The notes beneath the pieces were generated by a model that ran no database searches, was not told where the DNA came from, and saw only the letters and a program-made list of their open reading frames with translations. From positions 1,678,485 through 1,742,484 of the forward strand of contig OZ242203.1 of assembly GCA_965206275.1 (NCBI GenBank): a DNA stretch of 64,000 nucleotides, in the 5' to 3' direction. This stretch comes from Dehalococcoidia bacterium (lineage in GTDB: Bacteria; Chloroflexota; Dehalococcoidia; UBA6926). Of this stretch, positions 49,066 to 58,739 are shown piece by piece; position 1 is the stretch's first letter; every line of letters starts with the position of its first letter. Made by a program: the position numbers and the translations under genes.

Positions 49066-49875
49066 ATGACAACCCTCATCGGCGTAGATTTCAGCGGCTC
49101 TCAGGCTGATAACGCGACGTGGATTGCCATAGCCGCCGTCGATGATGGTGGCCGCATCGAATGGCAGACCCCGTTTCCTATTCGCCGTACTGACCTTGAG
49201 CAGCTTCTGCTGACCATTGAGGGCCCCGCCGTCGCCGCGCTTGATTTCCCCTTTGGCCTCCCTGCCGATTTTGCGGTCACACAAGGCTTCATTCGGTGGG
49301 GCGAGGGCCTCATGGACTCCTGCGACCGCATGTCCACCACAGAGCAGACTGAGTTTGAAGAAGTGGCACGCGAGTATGTCGCCGCCTATGGCGAACCCCG
49401 CCGCGCCAGCGATGTAGCCCCCGCTTTCTCACCCCTCCACGTCACCAACCCCAACATGGTGCCAATGATCTATCACGGCATGGCCATGCTAGGCCGCCTC
49501 CTCGCACGGGCCCGCGGCCGGTTCAGCATTCCGCCGCTTCCTGCCAATTCCTCACGCTGGCAGGTAGCCCTTGTGGAACTGATGCCCGGTCAACTCCTGC
49601 GTGCCAGGGGTGACTCTGGCATCGGCTATAAGAACGGCGACAATAACCTCCGGCGCCGTCACGAGATACTCGCAATCGTTGAAGAGTGGGTTGGCTCGCC
49701 ACTCCCTGAACACGTTCGCCTCGCCTGCCGTGCAAATGCGGACTGCCTCGACGCCGTCGTCAACCTTGCCGGCGCGCTGCAATGGCGCCGCAACCCCGAC
49801 GCCTTCAACCATCCCAACCCTGCCCAGCAGGGCTTCGCCCACGACGAAGGCTGGCTTTACACCCTCCGCCCCTGA
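49066..49875 (+). CDS. DUF429-like (RNase H-fold?) hypothetical protein
   Basis: The LIGVDFSG start resembles DUF429. Weak call. Confidence 0.45.
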   Translation: MTTLIGVDFSGSQADNATWIAIAAVDDGGRIEWQTPFPIRRTDLEQLLLTIEGPAVAALDFPFGLPADFAVTQGFIRWGEGLMDSCDRMSTTEQTEFEEVAREYVAAYGEPRRASDVAPAFSPLHVTNPNMVPMIYHGMAMLGRLLARARGRFSIPPLPANSSRWQVALVELMPGQLLRARGDSGIGYKNGDNNLRRRHEILAIVEEWVGSPLPEHVRLACRANADCLDAVVNLAGALQWRRNPDAFNHPNPAQQGFAHDEGWLYTLRP

Positions 49876-49876
49876 T

Positions 49877-49901
49877 GTCATTCTGAGCGCAGCGAAGAAT
49901 C
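49877..49901. repeat. REP-like module C
   Basis: See 45120-45144. It begins 2 nt after the stop codon. Confidence 0.7.
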
Positions 49902-49930
49902 TAAAATCTCCATTTCCCAACCAAACCCGA

Positions 49931-49957
49931 CCCGTTCACCCTGAGCTTGTCGAAGGG
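49931..49957. repeat. REP-like module A
   Basis: CCCGTTCACCCTGAGCTTGTCGAAGGG. Confidence 0.65.
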
Positions 49958-50052
49958 CATGAGCGGGCATAGAAAAAGCCTACTCCCCACCCCTTGACAC
50001 ACTCTCCCGGCCTGCTACTATAAGAACAATAGTTCTATAAGAGGAGGCTGCC

Positions 50053-51372
50053 ATGCTCATCAAAAGCACTCCGGATGTCTATGAGAAGCTCCGTCATCTG
50101 GGCGGAATGGCAACGGATGACATTCTCTCGCCTGCCGAGCGTTCGGACGGAACCGCGCGTCTGAGCAATGGCAACGAGCGTGTGGGACCGCGCGGCGGCG
50201 TAACTCCGCATGCCGGCGTCTACAAGGCCGCCATGCCGAACGGCAAACGCATCTCGCTGATGCGTGTGATGTTCACCGACCACTGCATCATGGACTGCCA
50301 TTATTGCCCCAACTCCCACTGGGTCCCGCGCAGGCGCTACGGGTTCAAGGTGGACGAACTCGCGCGGCTGTTCAATGAGATGCACCAACGCCACATGGTG
50401 GATGGGCTCTTCCTCAGCTCAGGGATTTTCAAAAATCCCAACGCCACGCAAGAGCGCCTGCTGGATGTTGTCGATGCCGTCCGCTCGCGATACGGATTCC
50501 GCGGCTACATCCATCTGAAAGTGATGCCCGGCACCAACGACGAATCTCTTTTGGAGGCGAGCCAGCGGCTCGGCGCGCGTCTGTCCATCAATATTGAGTC
50601 GCCGTCCGCCGAGCATCTCCGCAAGGTCAGCAAGATGAAGGACTTTGACAAGGGCATCATCGAGCCGATGGGGCGTATCAGCGATCTTATGCAGGAGAAT
50701 TACGGCGGCGCGGTTGGCCAGGCTACGCAGATGGTCGTGGGCGCGGCAGATGAGTCGGACTGGGACATCTATGAGCGTATGACGAGCCTCTACGGAAACT
50801 ACGGATTCAAGCGCGTCTACTACTCGGCGTTTCGCCCCGTACAGTACACGCCGCTTGAAGAACATCCCGCAACGCCGCCCGCGCGTGAGCATCGCCTCTA
50901 TCAGATGGATTGGCTCTCACGCATCTACGGCTACGACTCGGAGGAACTGCGTCCCGCCTTCAGCGACGACGGCTTTCTGGACACGCGCACCGACCCGAAG
51001 CTCATGATTGCGATGACCAACTACGAACGCTTTCCGGTTGACGTGAACCAGGCGACCGAGCAAGAGCTGTTGCGCGTCCCCGGCGTCGGGCCGTTGGCGG
51101 CAAGCCGCATCATCGGGCAGCGTAAAGAACACTCGATTACGCAGAGCAGGGAACTCAAGGCGATGGGTGTCGTGATGAAGCGCGCCCTCCCGTTCCTGCG
51201 CTTCCCGGGCCACAAACCCAGCCCCGCCAAACAGGCCGAGATGCCCCTCTTCCAAGAGCAGCCGACGAAGCCCGCCCAGCCATCGAAACGCACTATGGAA
51301 CTGCACAACGCGTCAGCTGCCAACTGCTCCACGTGCCCCCTCAACCCCGGCACCTGCGGCATGGCGGCATAG
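50053..51372 (+). CDS. radical SAM protein with C-terminal helix-hairpin-helix (putative DNA modification/repair radical SAM family)
   Basis: CIMDCHYC cluster motif, GLFLSSGI, and HhH LLRVPGVGPLAASRI. Confidence 0.75.
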   Translation: MLIKSTPDVYEKLRHLGGMATDDILSPAERSDGTARLSNGNERVGPRGGVTPHAGVYKAAMPNGKRISLMRVMFTDHCIMDCHYCPNSHWVPRRRYGFKVDELARLFNEMHQRHMVDGLFLSSGIFKNPNATQERLLDVVDAVRSRYGFRGYIHLKVMPGTNDESLLEASQRLGARLSINIESPSAEHLRKVSKMKDFDKGIIEPMGRISDLMQENYGGAVGQATQMVVGAADESDWDIYERMTSLYGNYGFKRVYYSAFRPVQYTPLEEHPATPPAREHRLYQMDWLSRIYGYDSEELRPAFSDDGFLDTRTDPKLMIAMTNYERFPVDVNQATEQELLRVPGVGPLAASRIIGQRKEHSITQSRELKAMGVVMKRALPFLRFPGHKPSPAKQAEMPLFQEQPTKPAQPSKRTMELHNASAANCSTCPLNPGTCGMAA

Positions 51373-51401
51373 GAAACGGCTGCAAAGACGACACAAAAAT
51401 G

Positions 51402-51429
51402 GCCGCCTGCCCGGTACCGGGCAGGCGGC
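51402..51429 (+). terminator. strong hairpin, weak T-tract
   Basis: GCCGCCTGCCCGG-TA-CCGGGCAGGCGGC followed by TTGCTCC. Confidence 0.5.
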
Positions 51430-51512
51430 TTGCTCCCCGCCCGCCACCCCTATCTGTGTTACGATTTTTCTACGTTTTGAATACGATCTTTGTCCTCATG
51501 GCTTACAGGTAG

Positions 51513-52874
51513 GTGTTCCGACTAAGAAGCGGCAGTCGATTCAATCCCAGCCAGGTCTTCTTCGGCTGGTGGATTGTATTGGGCGCGTTCCTTATTCAGG
51601 TTCTCAACGGCGGACTCTTTTTCCAGGCGTTCCAGGTCTACTTCAACCACCTTCAGCGAGACTTTGGCTGGTCGAGGCGCAATATCGCCCTCGCCTTCAC
51701 ACTTGCGCGAGCGGAGAGCGGGGTCTTGGGACCGTTTCAGGGCTGGTTGGTTGATCGGTTCGGGACTCGCCGCGTTCTCCAGGTAGGCGTGCTCCTCTAT
51801 GCCGGTGGCTTCCTTCTCTTTGCGAATGTCGAGGAACTCTGGCAGTACTACGGCGCGTACCTGATCATCTCAATTGGATCAAGCCTCGGCGGCTTCATCA
51901 CGATCAACGCTGCCATCGCCAACTGGTTCGACAAGAGACGATCCCGCGCGATGGGACTGGCCTCCGTCGGTTGGGGCGTATCGGGCTGGGCTGTGCCGGC
52001 CGTCGTCTTTGGGATGGACATGTTGGGTTGGCGAGGTCTCGCCATGTGGTCCGGCGTGATTGTGCTCGTTTTAGGACTGCCGCTGACGATGCTCTTCAGG
52101 CATTCACCGGAGCCATACGGTTACCTGCCGGACGGTGCGAAACCGGACGAAAGTGACCGGGACGAAGACGGAGTTCCTGCGACGGCGAGGCCGATTCTCA
52201 GCTTGGTTGCACGGGGATTCACTGCGCGAGAGGCGCTGAAGAACCCCTCCTTCTGGTTCGTTTCTTTCGGCCACGCAAGCGCAATGTTCGCCGTATCCGC
52301 CATCAACGCCCAGTTCATCCCCTATCTTGAAGATGATCTGGGAATCTCCAAAACGACCGGCGCGTGGATCTACACGTTCCTGACGACAATCATGATTGGC
52401 GCGCAGCTGGCAACGGGCTTCCTCGCAGAGAAGGTTGAGATGCGGCTCATCATCGTTGCCTGTATGTTTGGCCACACGCTCGCCCTCGTCCTCCTTGTCC
52501 TGCCACAAGGAAATCCGGAATACGCCATCCCGATTCTGCTCACGTTTGCAGTCGTTCAGGCCCTTTCGTGGGGATTCAGGGGACCGCTGATGACGGCGAT
52601 TCGCGCCGAGTACTTTGGCCGCGGCTCCTTTGCGACCATCATGGGATTTTCCTCGCTTGTAGTGCAGGGTGGCACCATGTTGGGCCCTGTGGTGGCTGCA
52701 GAGTTCAAGGACCAGTTCGACTCGTACTCAGGTGCATTTATCCTCATGGCCTTCGTGACAACGGCCGGCGCGTTCCTCTTTGCCGCTGCCCGTAAACCGC
52801 CCCTGCCACCGCGTTCTCCGGATGAGATGGTGGAAGGAGAACGCGGCGATTCCAACGTCTACGCCGCCCACTGA
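51513..52874 (+). CDS. MFS transporter (oxalate/formate antiporter-like)
   Basis: 12-TM pattern and GW.VDRFGTRR loop motif. GTG start as in the track. Confidence 0.8.
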   Translation: MFRLRSGSRFNPSQVFFGWWIVLGAFLIQVLNGGLFFQAFQVYFNHLQRDFGWSRRNIALAFTLARAESGVLGPFQGWLVDRFGTRRVLQVGVLLYAGGFLLFANVEELWQYYGAYLIISIGSSLGGFITINAAIANWFDKRRSRAMGLASVGWGVSGWAVPAVVFGMDMLGWRGLAMWSGVIVLVLGLPLTMLFRHSPEPYGYLPDGAKPDESDRDEDGVPATARPILSLVARGFTAREALKNPSFWFVSFGHASAMFAVSAINAQFIPYLEDDLGISKTTGAWIYTFLTTIMIGAQLATGFLAEKVEMRLIIVACMFGHTLALVLLVLPQGNPEYAIPILLTFAVVQALSWGFRGPLMTAIRAEYFGRGSFATIMGFSSLVVQGGTMLGPVVAAEFKDQFDSYSGAFILMAFVTTAGAFLFAAARKPPLPPRSPDEMVEGERGDSNVYAAH

Positions 52875-52949
52875 AACTCCAAACTTGAGTGCGCCCCCCG
52901 CGTGGGATAGTCTGAACACAGAAACACAAGCGCTTCGGAGGTTTCGAAC

Positions 52950-55268
52950 GTGACGCAGGCAGCCCCCGCCAACACAATCACCATTACGATTGACGGGCGG
53001 CAGGTCACCGCCCCGGCGGGGTCTACCATCCTTGAGGCGGCCACTGAGGCCGGTATCTACATTCCCACCCTCTGCTACGACGAGCGGCTCAAGGCCTATG
53101 GCGCCTGCCGCATGTGCATGGTTGAACAGGTCGATCGCCCCGGCTTTGCTGCCGCGTGTGTCGCCCCTGCCATGCCGGACGCCGCCTACCGCACCAACTC
53201 CGACGAAACCGTCGAACTGCGCCAGTCCGTTCTCAACCTGCTCATGTCCGAGCATCCGCACGGATGCCTGACCTGCGACCGCATCGTTCATTGCGGCCCC
53301 AACGATATCTGCCTGCGCAACGTCTCCGTGACCGATCGCTGTGTTGTCTGCCCTCAGAACCAGCGGTGTGAGTTGCAGGCGACTGTCGAAATCGTCGGCG
53401 TCACGGAACAGCTGCTCCCGTACAACTACCGTGAGTTGCCCATACGTACTGAAGACCCGCACATCGACCGGGACTACAACCTCTGCATCTCATGCGCCCG
53501 CTGCGTCCGCGTCTGTGATGAGGTCATCGGCGCGGAAGCCATCTCCATGGTCGACCGTGGCGACCGAATCCTCCCTGGCACGCCCAATGATGTTCCCCTC
53601 TCTGACCCGCTCACCGGCTGCATCTTCTGCGGCGCGTGCGTGGATGTCTGCCCCGTGGGCGCGCTCACGGAAAAGGACAACAAGTGGGCCGGCCTGCCGG
53701 ATACCAACGTCACAACCGTCTGCACGGAGTGTGAGATCGGCTGCCAGGTCACCGCTGAACTTCAGGATGGTCGCCTGCTGCGCGTGACACCGGACATCGA
53801 GGGCGGCGCGAATGGCGGCTTTGCCTGCATCCACGGTAAGTTTGAACTCGCCAACGAGTCCAACAATGAGGCCCGCCTGATCAGCGCCATGATTCGGGAT
53901 GCCAACGGAGCGCTTGGTGAGGCGTCATGGGACGATGCGATTGCTGCCGCTGCGGACGGCCTCCGTGGCCATGCCGGCGGTTCTGCTGCCGTCGTGATTT
54001 CTCCTCGCGTCGCCAATGAGGACGCGTGGGCATTGAATCGTCTCGCCCGTGAAACCCTGGAGACTGAGCGTGTTGCGATGGCGGCGTCCGTGTCGGTTCA
54101 GGCGGGCAGAGAGCTCGCCGCCATGTTCGGCAGCGCCGCCAATGTGAATCCCATCCGGGACATTGCGAAATCTCGCGCCGTTCTCGTGATTGGTTCTGAT
54201 ATAGAAGTCACCCATCCCGTCGCCGCCTACCAGGTTCACAAGGCAGTCAACTACAACGACGCCACTCTTATCGGCATCGGCCACGTCGCCTACCCGGAGC
54301 TTGGACGCGCCTCCGAGCGATGGCTAAATTGCGAGGAAGGTGCTGAGCTTGCCGTCCTGCGTGGCATCCTCCGCGCGCTGCTCGACGCCAATCTTGTGCA
54401 CGATGAATTCGTTGAAGAATCCATAGACGGCCTCGCTGACCTGTCTGAAAGCCTCGAGAGAACAACCGTTGAAGACGCAGCGGCTCAGTCAGGCGTTTCC
54501 GCCGATGACCTCCGTTGGGTCGCCCGCATCATCGGCACGTCCACACCCGCCGCTCTCATCTACGGCGAGAGCGAGAATGACGCTCCGGGCTTGGCTACAC
54601 TGATTGCCGCAATCGCCTCAGTGACGGGCAACGTCGCCAACGCGCAGGGCGGTGGTCTCCATGTGCTGCACTCCGGTGGCGGCAACGTGCAGGGAGTCAG
54701 CGATGTGCTTGGCGCAGATGCCGCCACGCTTGACGAGACCGTTGACGCTATCGAATCTGGCGCCGTCACAGCCCTGTACTGGACCGGCGGGATCCCCGCC
54801 GAAATCAGCGATTCTGCCCGCGCGCGGCTGCTCGCCGCGCTGGGTCGCCTTGAGTTCCTGGTCGTGCAGGGCCTTGTTATCGACGATGAGCTGGCATCGC
54901 TCGCCAACGTCCTCATTCCCGCCGCGGCCGCCGTCGAACGCGAGGGAACGTACACGAACGCCGAGCGCCGCGTCCAGCGCGTCCGCCCCATCAAGGACGC
55001 CCCGGGCGATGCACAGGCGGTCTGGCGCGCCCCGGTTGAGATCACCCGCCACCTCGGCGCATCGGACTTCGGGTATGACAATGCCGATACAATCCTTGCT
55101 GACATCGCCGCAGCCGTACCAAACTACGCCGGCATCACCTCTGAGGTGCTCGAATCTCGATTCACCGGCCCCACGTGGCCGCTTCGGGAAGATAGCGCGG
55201 ATGAGCGTCTCTACCAGGGCGGAGTGTTCGGCAACGCCAGCGGCCGCATTCGCCTCGCAGCTGTTTAG
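52950..55268 (+). CDS. NuoG / formate-dehydrogenase-alpha-like Fe-S and molybdopterin-fold subunit
   Basis: 2Fe-2S (C...C..C...C near CRMCMVE), two ferredoxin-type CxxCxxCxxxCP motifs, CTECEIGC...C, then a molybdopterin-oxidoreductase-like domain. Confidence 0.8.
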   Translation: MTQAAPANTITITIDGRQVTAPAGSTILEAATEAGIYIPTLCYDERLKAYGACRMCMVEQVDRPGFAAACVAPAMPDAAYRTNSDETVELRQSVLNLLMSEHPHGCLTCDRIVHCGPNDICLRNVSVTDRCVVCPQNQRCELQATVEIVGVTEQLLPYNYRELPIRTEDPHIDRDYNLCISCARCVRVCDEVIGAEAISMVDRGDRILPGTPNDVPLSDPLTGCIFCGACVDVCPVGALTEKDNKWAGLPDTNVTTVCTECEIGCQVTAELQDGRLLRVTPDIEGGANGGFACIHGKFELANESNNEARLISAMIRDANGALGEASWDDAIAAAADGLRGHAGGSAAVVISPRVANEDAWALNRLARETLETERVAMAASVSVQAGRELAAMFGSAANVNPIRDIAKSRAVLVIGSDIEVTHPVAAYQVHKAVNYNDATLIGIGHVAYPELGRASERWLNCEEGAELAVLRGILRALLDANLVHDEFVEESIDGLADLSESLERTTVEDAAAQSGVSADDLRWVARIIGTSTPAALIYGESENDAPGLATLIAAIASVTGNVANAQGGGLHVLHSGGGNVQGVSDVLGADAATLDETVDAIESGAVTALYWTGGIPAEISDSARARLLAALGRLEFLVVQGLVIDDELASLANVLIPAAAAVEREGTYTNAERRVQRVRPIKDAPGDAQAVWRAPVEITRHLGASDFGYDNADTILADIAAAVPNYAGITSEVLESRFTGPTWPLREDSADERLYQGGVFGNASGRIRLAAV

Positions 55269-55273
55269 TCGGC

Positions 55274-55504
55274 ATGGTCGCAACCGCCGCAACATGGTAC
55301 CTCCGCGCCCACGATGACGGTCGGCCCCTCGGCATACACATCCGTGATGAAGAGCCCCTCGAGCCCGCTCCCGGCATTGTCATCAATGCCGAAGACCCCA
55401 ACCAGACGTGGCGCAGCGCTGAAGTTGTCTCCTTTGAATCCCTCCCCCATGCCTGCTCCATGCCGCGCTACAACGTCATCATCAAGGTTCTGGTTCCGGC
55501 ATGA
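55274..55504 (+). CDS. 76-aa hypothetical protein
   Basis: GC-rich third positions in this frame. It starts 5 nt after the upstream stop, and its stop overlaps the tag start (ATGA). Confidence 0.4.
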   Translation: MVATAATWYLRAHDDGRPLGIHIRDEEPLEPAPGIVINAEDPNQTWRSAEVVSFESLPHACSMPRYNVIIKVLVPA

Positions 55505-56103
55505 CTGAGTCACAAACAGGATCAATTGAATTAGTCCGCTGCTGGCCGGATGTGGACGTCGATCCTCGGATGATTGCCTACCACGATGGGGAGTGGGGCA
55601 CGCCGCTGCATGACGACAACAAGCTGTTTGAGTTCCTCATTCTTGAGGGATTCCAGGCCGGCCTCTCATGGCGCACTATCCTCAACAAGCGCGAAGCATT
55701 CCGCAAGGCTTTCGCCGACTTTGATGTTCAGAAAGTTGCGCAATTTGGCGGCGATGATGTTGCGCGCCTGCTTGAGGACAAAGGTATCGTCCGGAACCGG
55801 CTCAAGATACTTGGCGCCATCAACAACGCGCAGAGGTTCATGGAAATCCAGGAAGAGTTCGGCTCGTTCGATCGCTATATCTGGCAGTTCACCAACTACA
55901 AGACACTGCGCAGCCCCAACCCGATTCTTGGTTGGGAGGATGTGCCCGCCACCTCGCCAGAGTCGGATGCTATGGCCAAGGACCTCAAGGCCCGCGGCTT
56001 CAAGTTCGTCGGATCAACGGTTTGCTACGCGCATATGCAGGCCACCGGCATGGTCAACGATCATCGAGATGGCTGCTTCAAAGCCACCCTCGGCGACTGG
56101 TAG
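55501..56103 (+). CDS. tag: DNA-3-methyladenine glycosylase I
   Basis: YHDGEWGTP, FEFLILEGFQAGLSW. Confidence 0.9.
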   Translation: MTESQTGSIELVRCWPDVDVDPRMIAYHDGEWGTPLHDDNKLFEFLILEGFQAGLSWRTILNKREAFRKAFADFDVQKVAQFGGDDVARLLEDKGIVRNRLKILGAINNAQRFMEIQEEFGSFDRYIWQFTNYKTLRSPNPILGWEDVPATSPESDAMAKDLKARGFKFVGSTVCYAHMQATGMVNDHRDGCFKATLGDW

Positions 56104-56114
56104 ACCTCAACCTC

Positions 56115-56138
56115 GTCATTCCCGCGAAAACGGGAATC
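56115..56138. repeat. REP-like module B (variant GAAAA loop)
   Basis: GTCATTCCCGCGAAAACGGGAATC between two convergent genes. Confidence 0.65.
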
Positions 56139-56149
56139 CACTCACGCCC

Positions 56150-57223
56150 CTAGGGAATCCGCGCGTCCGGCATATTCACCCACGCGCTCATCTCATGTGG
56201 CGGCGTCACCGGGTAACCCTCCGTCACGTAGGCCCCGTCGATTTGGTCGACCTTCGATACGCCAATCAGCGCCATCGCGCTCAGCAGCTCGTCTTCCATG
56301 ATTTCCAGTGCCCGCACGATGCCGTCGACGCCGCCTGCCGCGAGACCCCAACCCTGCAGCTTGCCGACCGCTACGCAATCCGCGCCAAGCGCGAGCGCCT
56401 TGACCACGTCGCTCCCGCGGACGATTCCGCCGTCCAACACGATCTTGGCGCGCCCATCAACAGCCTTTGCGATTTCCGGCAGCGTATCAAGGCTGCCCAG
56501 CGCATGGTCGATCTGACGTCCGCCGTGGTTCGACACCCAGATGATCTCAAAGCCACGCTCGACGGCTATTTCCGCATCTTCTGCCGTCTGGATGCCCTTG
56601 ACCGCGAACGGCAGGCCTATCAGGTCGCGGATGCGCTCTGCCAGATCCCACGTCACCGCTGAGCCGGGTGAGACTCTCTGCACATTCAGAGTCGCCGGAA
56701 CGGAGCGTCCAACAATTGGTCGTTCGCGTCGACTGTATCGAGCGTTGTCTACGGTCAGGACGAACGCGTGATAACCGGCGGCCTTGATGCGTGGCGCCAT
56801 CCCCTCAATCCATTCCCAGTCGCCCTGGATATACATTTGGAACAGCTTTGGGCCGTTCGCCGCCTCCATCGTGCCTTCAAGCCCCGGCTCGGATACGGAA
56901 CTAACCGTTTGGATCGTACCGAACGCTTCGGCCGCCTTTGCGGAGGCGCCCGCTCCCTCTGGATGCAATCGCTGCATTCCACCAACCGGCGCGAGCATCA
57001 CGGGGATGCGCATCTTGTGGCCCAGGAAATCGGCGGACGGGTCCATCTGGGACACATCGCGCAGCACGCGAGGGCGGAATGCGACGCGGTCGAACGCGGC
57101 ACGATTCCGTCTCATCGTTGTCTCCGACTCCGACCCGCCGACCAGGTAATCCCATCCGGCCTGATCCAGGTTCTTGCGCGCGGCCTGGATGGTCTCTTCG
57201 TTGCTGACAAAATCCACGGTCAT
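56150..57223 (-). CDS. FMN-dependent alpha-hydroxy-acid dehydrogenase/oxidase (lactate/glycolate type)
   Basis: SNHGGRQ, DGGIVRGSDV. Confidence 0.85.
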   Translation of the reverse strand: MTVDFVSNEETIQAARKNLDQAGWDYLVGGSESETTMRRNRAAFDRVAFRPRVLRDVSQMDPSADFLGHKMRIPVMLAPVGGMQRLHPEGAGASAKAAEAFGTIQTVSSVSEPGLEGTMEAANGPKLFQMYIQGDWEWIEGMAPRIKAAGYHAFVLTVDNARYSRRERPIVGRSVPATLNVQRVSPGSAVTWDLAERIRDLIGLPFAVKGIQTAEDAEIAVERGFEIIWVSNHGGRQIDHALGSLDTLPEIAKAVDGRAKIVLDGGIVRGSDVVKALALGADCVAVGKLQGWGLAAGGVDGIVRALEIMEDELLSAMALIGVSKVDQIDGAYVTEGYPVTPPHEMSAWVNMPDARIP

Positions 57224-57331
57224 TGCCGAATATCCTCCGATTTATTGAATTACCCAGCACGCGATTTGTGAACCTTCACGCGCCTTGCCTTCAAATTGTA
57301 GCGCCCACGTTCCTCATTGGGCATCCATTCC

Positions 57332-58597
57332 TTACACCGCTCCGCGTTCCGGCGTGATGAACAACGGAATCCGCCGCCGTCGGAACCCCCACCACGCGAT
57401 AATCAGGGCAACGCCAGCCGTCAACGCCAGCCCGAGAAAGGCTGCCTCAAAGTCCAGCCGCTCGCTCACCTCGCCAACGAATACCGTTCCAGCCGCCGAG
57501 CCGAATGAAAACCCGCCCATCATCATGGCCATCGCCCGCCCGTATTTCTCCGGTGGTGTCCAGTCGGCAGCGACGGCCTGCAACATCGGCTGTCCTGTTC
57601 CAAACCCCAGTCCAAGCATGAACGCCGCCGCTAAAAATCCGACGGTCGAATATGTGAATGCCAGGGTGATCATGCAGCCGACGGTGAGAGCCAGCGACGG
57701 CAAGAGGATGATTGCCCGGCCATATGTGTCAGAGACCCGACCCGTCAGGAGTCGACCGGCTATAACCACAACCGCGTACATCACGAAAAACCACTCGTAA
57801 TTTGGCACCCCCCTCGTCTCGCCGAGGATGGACACGAATGTTGTGGTTGCCAGATAGGCTGCTGCTATTAGCAGCACCGTGATTCCCGGCACCAGCGCCT
57901 CCGGCACGATCAGCTTATCGACCCAAGTCTCTTTCCGCGCGGCTGCTCCTTCCCCCGGTGCAGGAGGGTTGGTTTGAGGGCGTCCAGCAGTCCCCTCTCC
58001 CCGGGCTAAAGGACGAACCTTCACTGGGAAGAGAAACAGCGTCGCTCCTGCCATCAACGCCGCGCAGGCAAGGAATAGCTCCGTTGACCCGAAACCGTGG
58101 TAAATCCAAAGCCCGACGGCCGGTCCGAACGCGATGGCAATGTTGTGTGACGTGGCGAAATTGGTCATCGCCTCGCCCCGTCTGTTGGGCGGTGCAATGT
58201 CAAGGATCAATGTCCGGGTTGCGGCTCCCGTTGCCCCGCTCCCCACACGCCGCAGGATTGTCGGCAGCAGCATTGTCAGCGGTGATACGACGATGATCAT
58301 GACCAGCGCGCCCACCACGTTGATCCCCAGGCCGAGAACCGCCATGCCCTTGCGGCTCCATCGGTCCACGCCCAACCCATACAGCGGAACGCCGAACGCG
58401 GCAATCGGCCCGGCAATGCCGATGACCAGGCCGACCGTGGAGTTTGTGCCGCCAAGCTCCTTGATATACAAGGGCACCGTCGGCAGCAGCATGTAGAAAG
58501 TCACGAAGATCGTGAATTCCATCAGGAACAGCAGGACGAACGAGCTTGTATACAGGCGCTGCCCCGACGGCGCGCCCCGCTCAGCGCTGACCGTCAT
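57332..58597 (-). CDS. MFS transporter
   Basis: 12-TM pattern and G..VDRWSRK loop. I chose the internal start because the track N-terminus overlaps mutS. Confidence 0.75.
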   Translation of the reverse strand: MTVSAERGAPSGQRLYTSSFVLLFLMEFTIFVTFYMLLPTVPLYIKELGGTNSTVGLVIGIAGPIAAFGVPLYGLGVDRWSRKGMAVLGLGINVVGALVMIIVVSPLTMLLPTILRRVGSGATGAATRTLILDIAPPNRRGEAMTNFATSHNIAIAFGPAVGLWIYHGFGSTELFLACAALMAGATLFLFPVKVRPLARGEGTAGRPQTNPPAPGEGAAARKETWVDKLIVPEALVPGITVLLIAAAYLATTTFVSILGETRGVPNYEWFFVMYAVVVIAGRLLTGRVSDTYGRAIILLPSLALTVGCMITLAFTYSTVGFLAAAFMLGLGFGTGQPMLQAVAADWTPPEKYGRAMAMMMGGFSFGSAAGTVFVGEVSERLDFEAAFLGLALTAGVALIIAWWGFRRRRIPLFITPERGAV

Positions 58598-58739
58598 TCC
58601 GTCCCCAAGCCCCGATGCGTTCCATCCACGAATCCTAACCCGCTCCGTGCTGCCTGTATATTCACCACCCTGCTCCGCTATACAATGACTCAACGGGGGT
58701 AAGCGGCGTGGTGGACTGGTAAACAGCTGGGGTCGGTCG

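Noticed and set aside
40368-56138. Repeated 24-nt hairpins (module B) considered as a possible CRISPR array
   Set aside because: The copies are 4.7 and 11 kb apart, separated by ordinary genes, with no regular spacer architecture and no cas genes.
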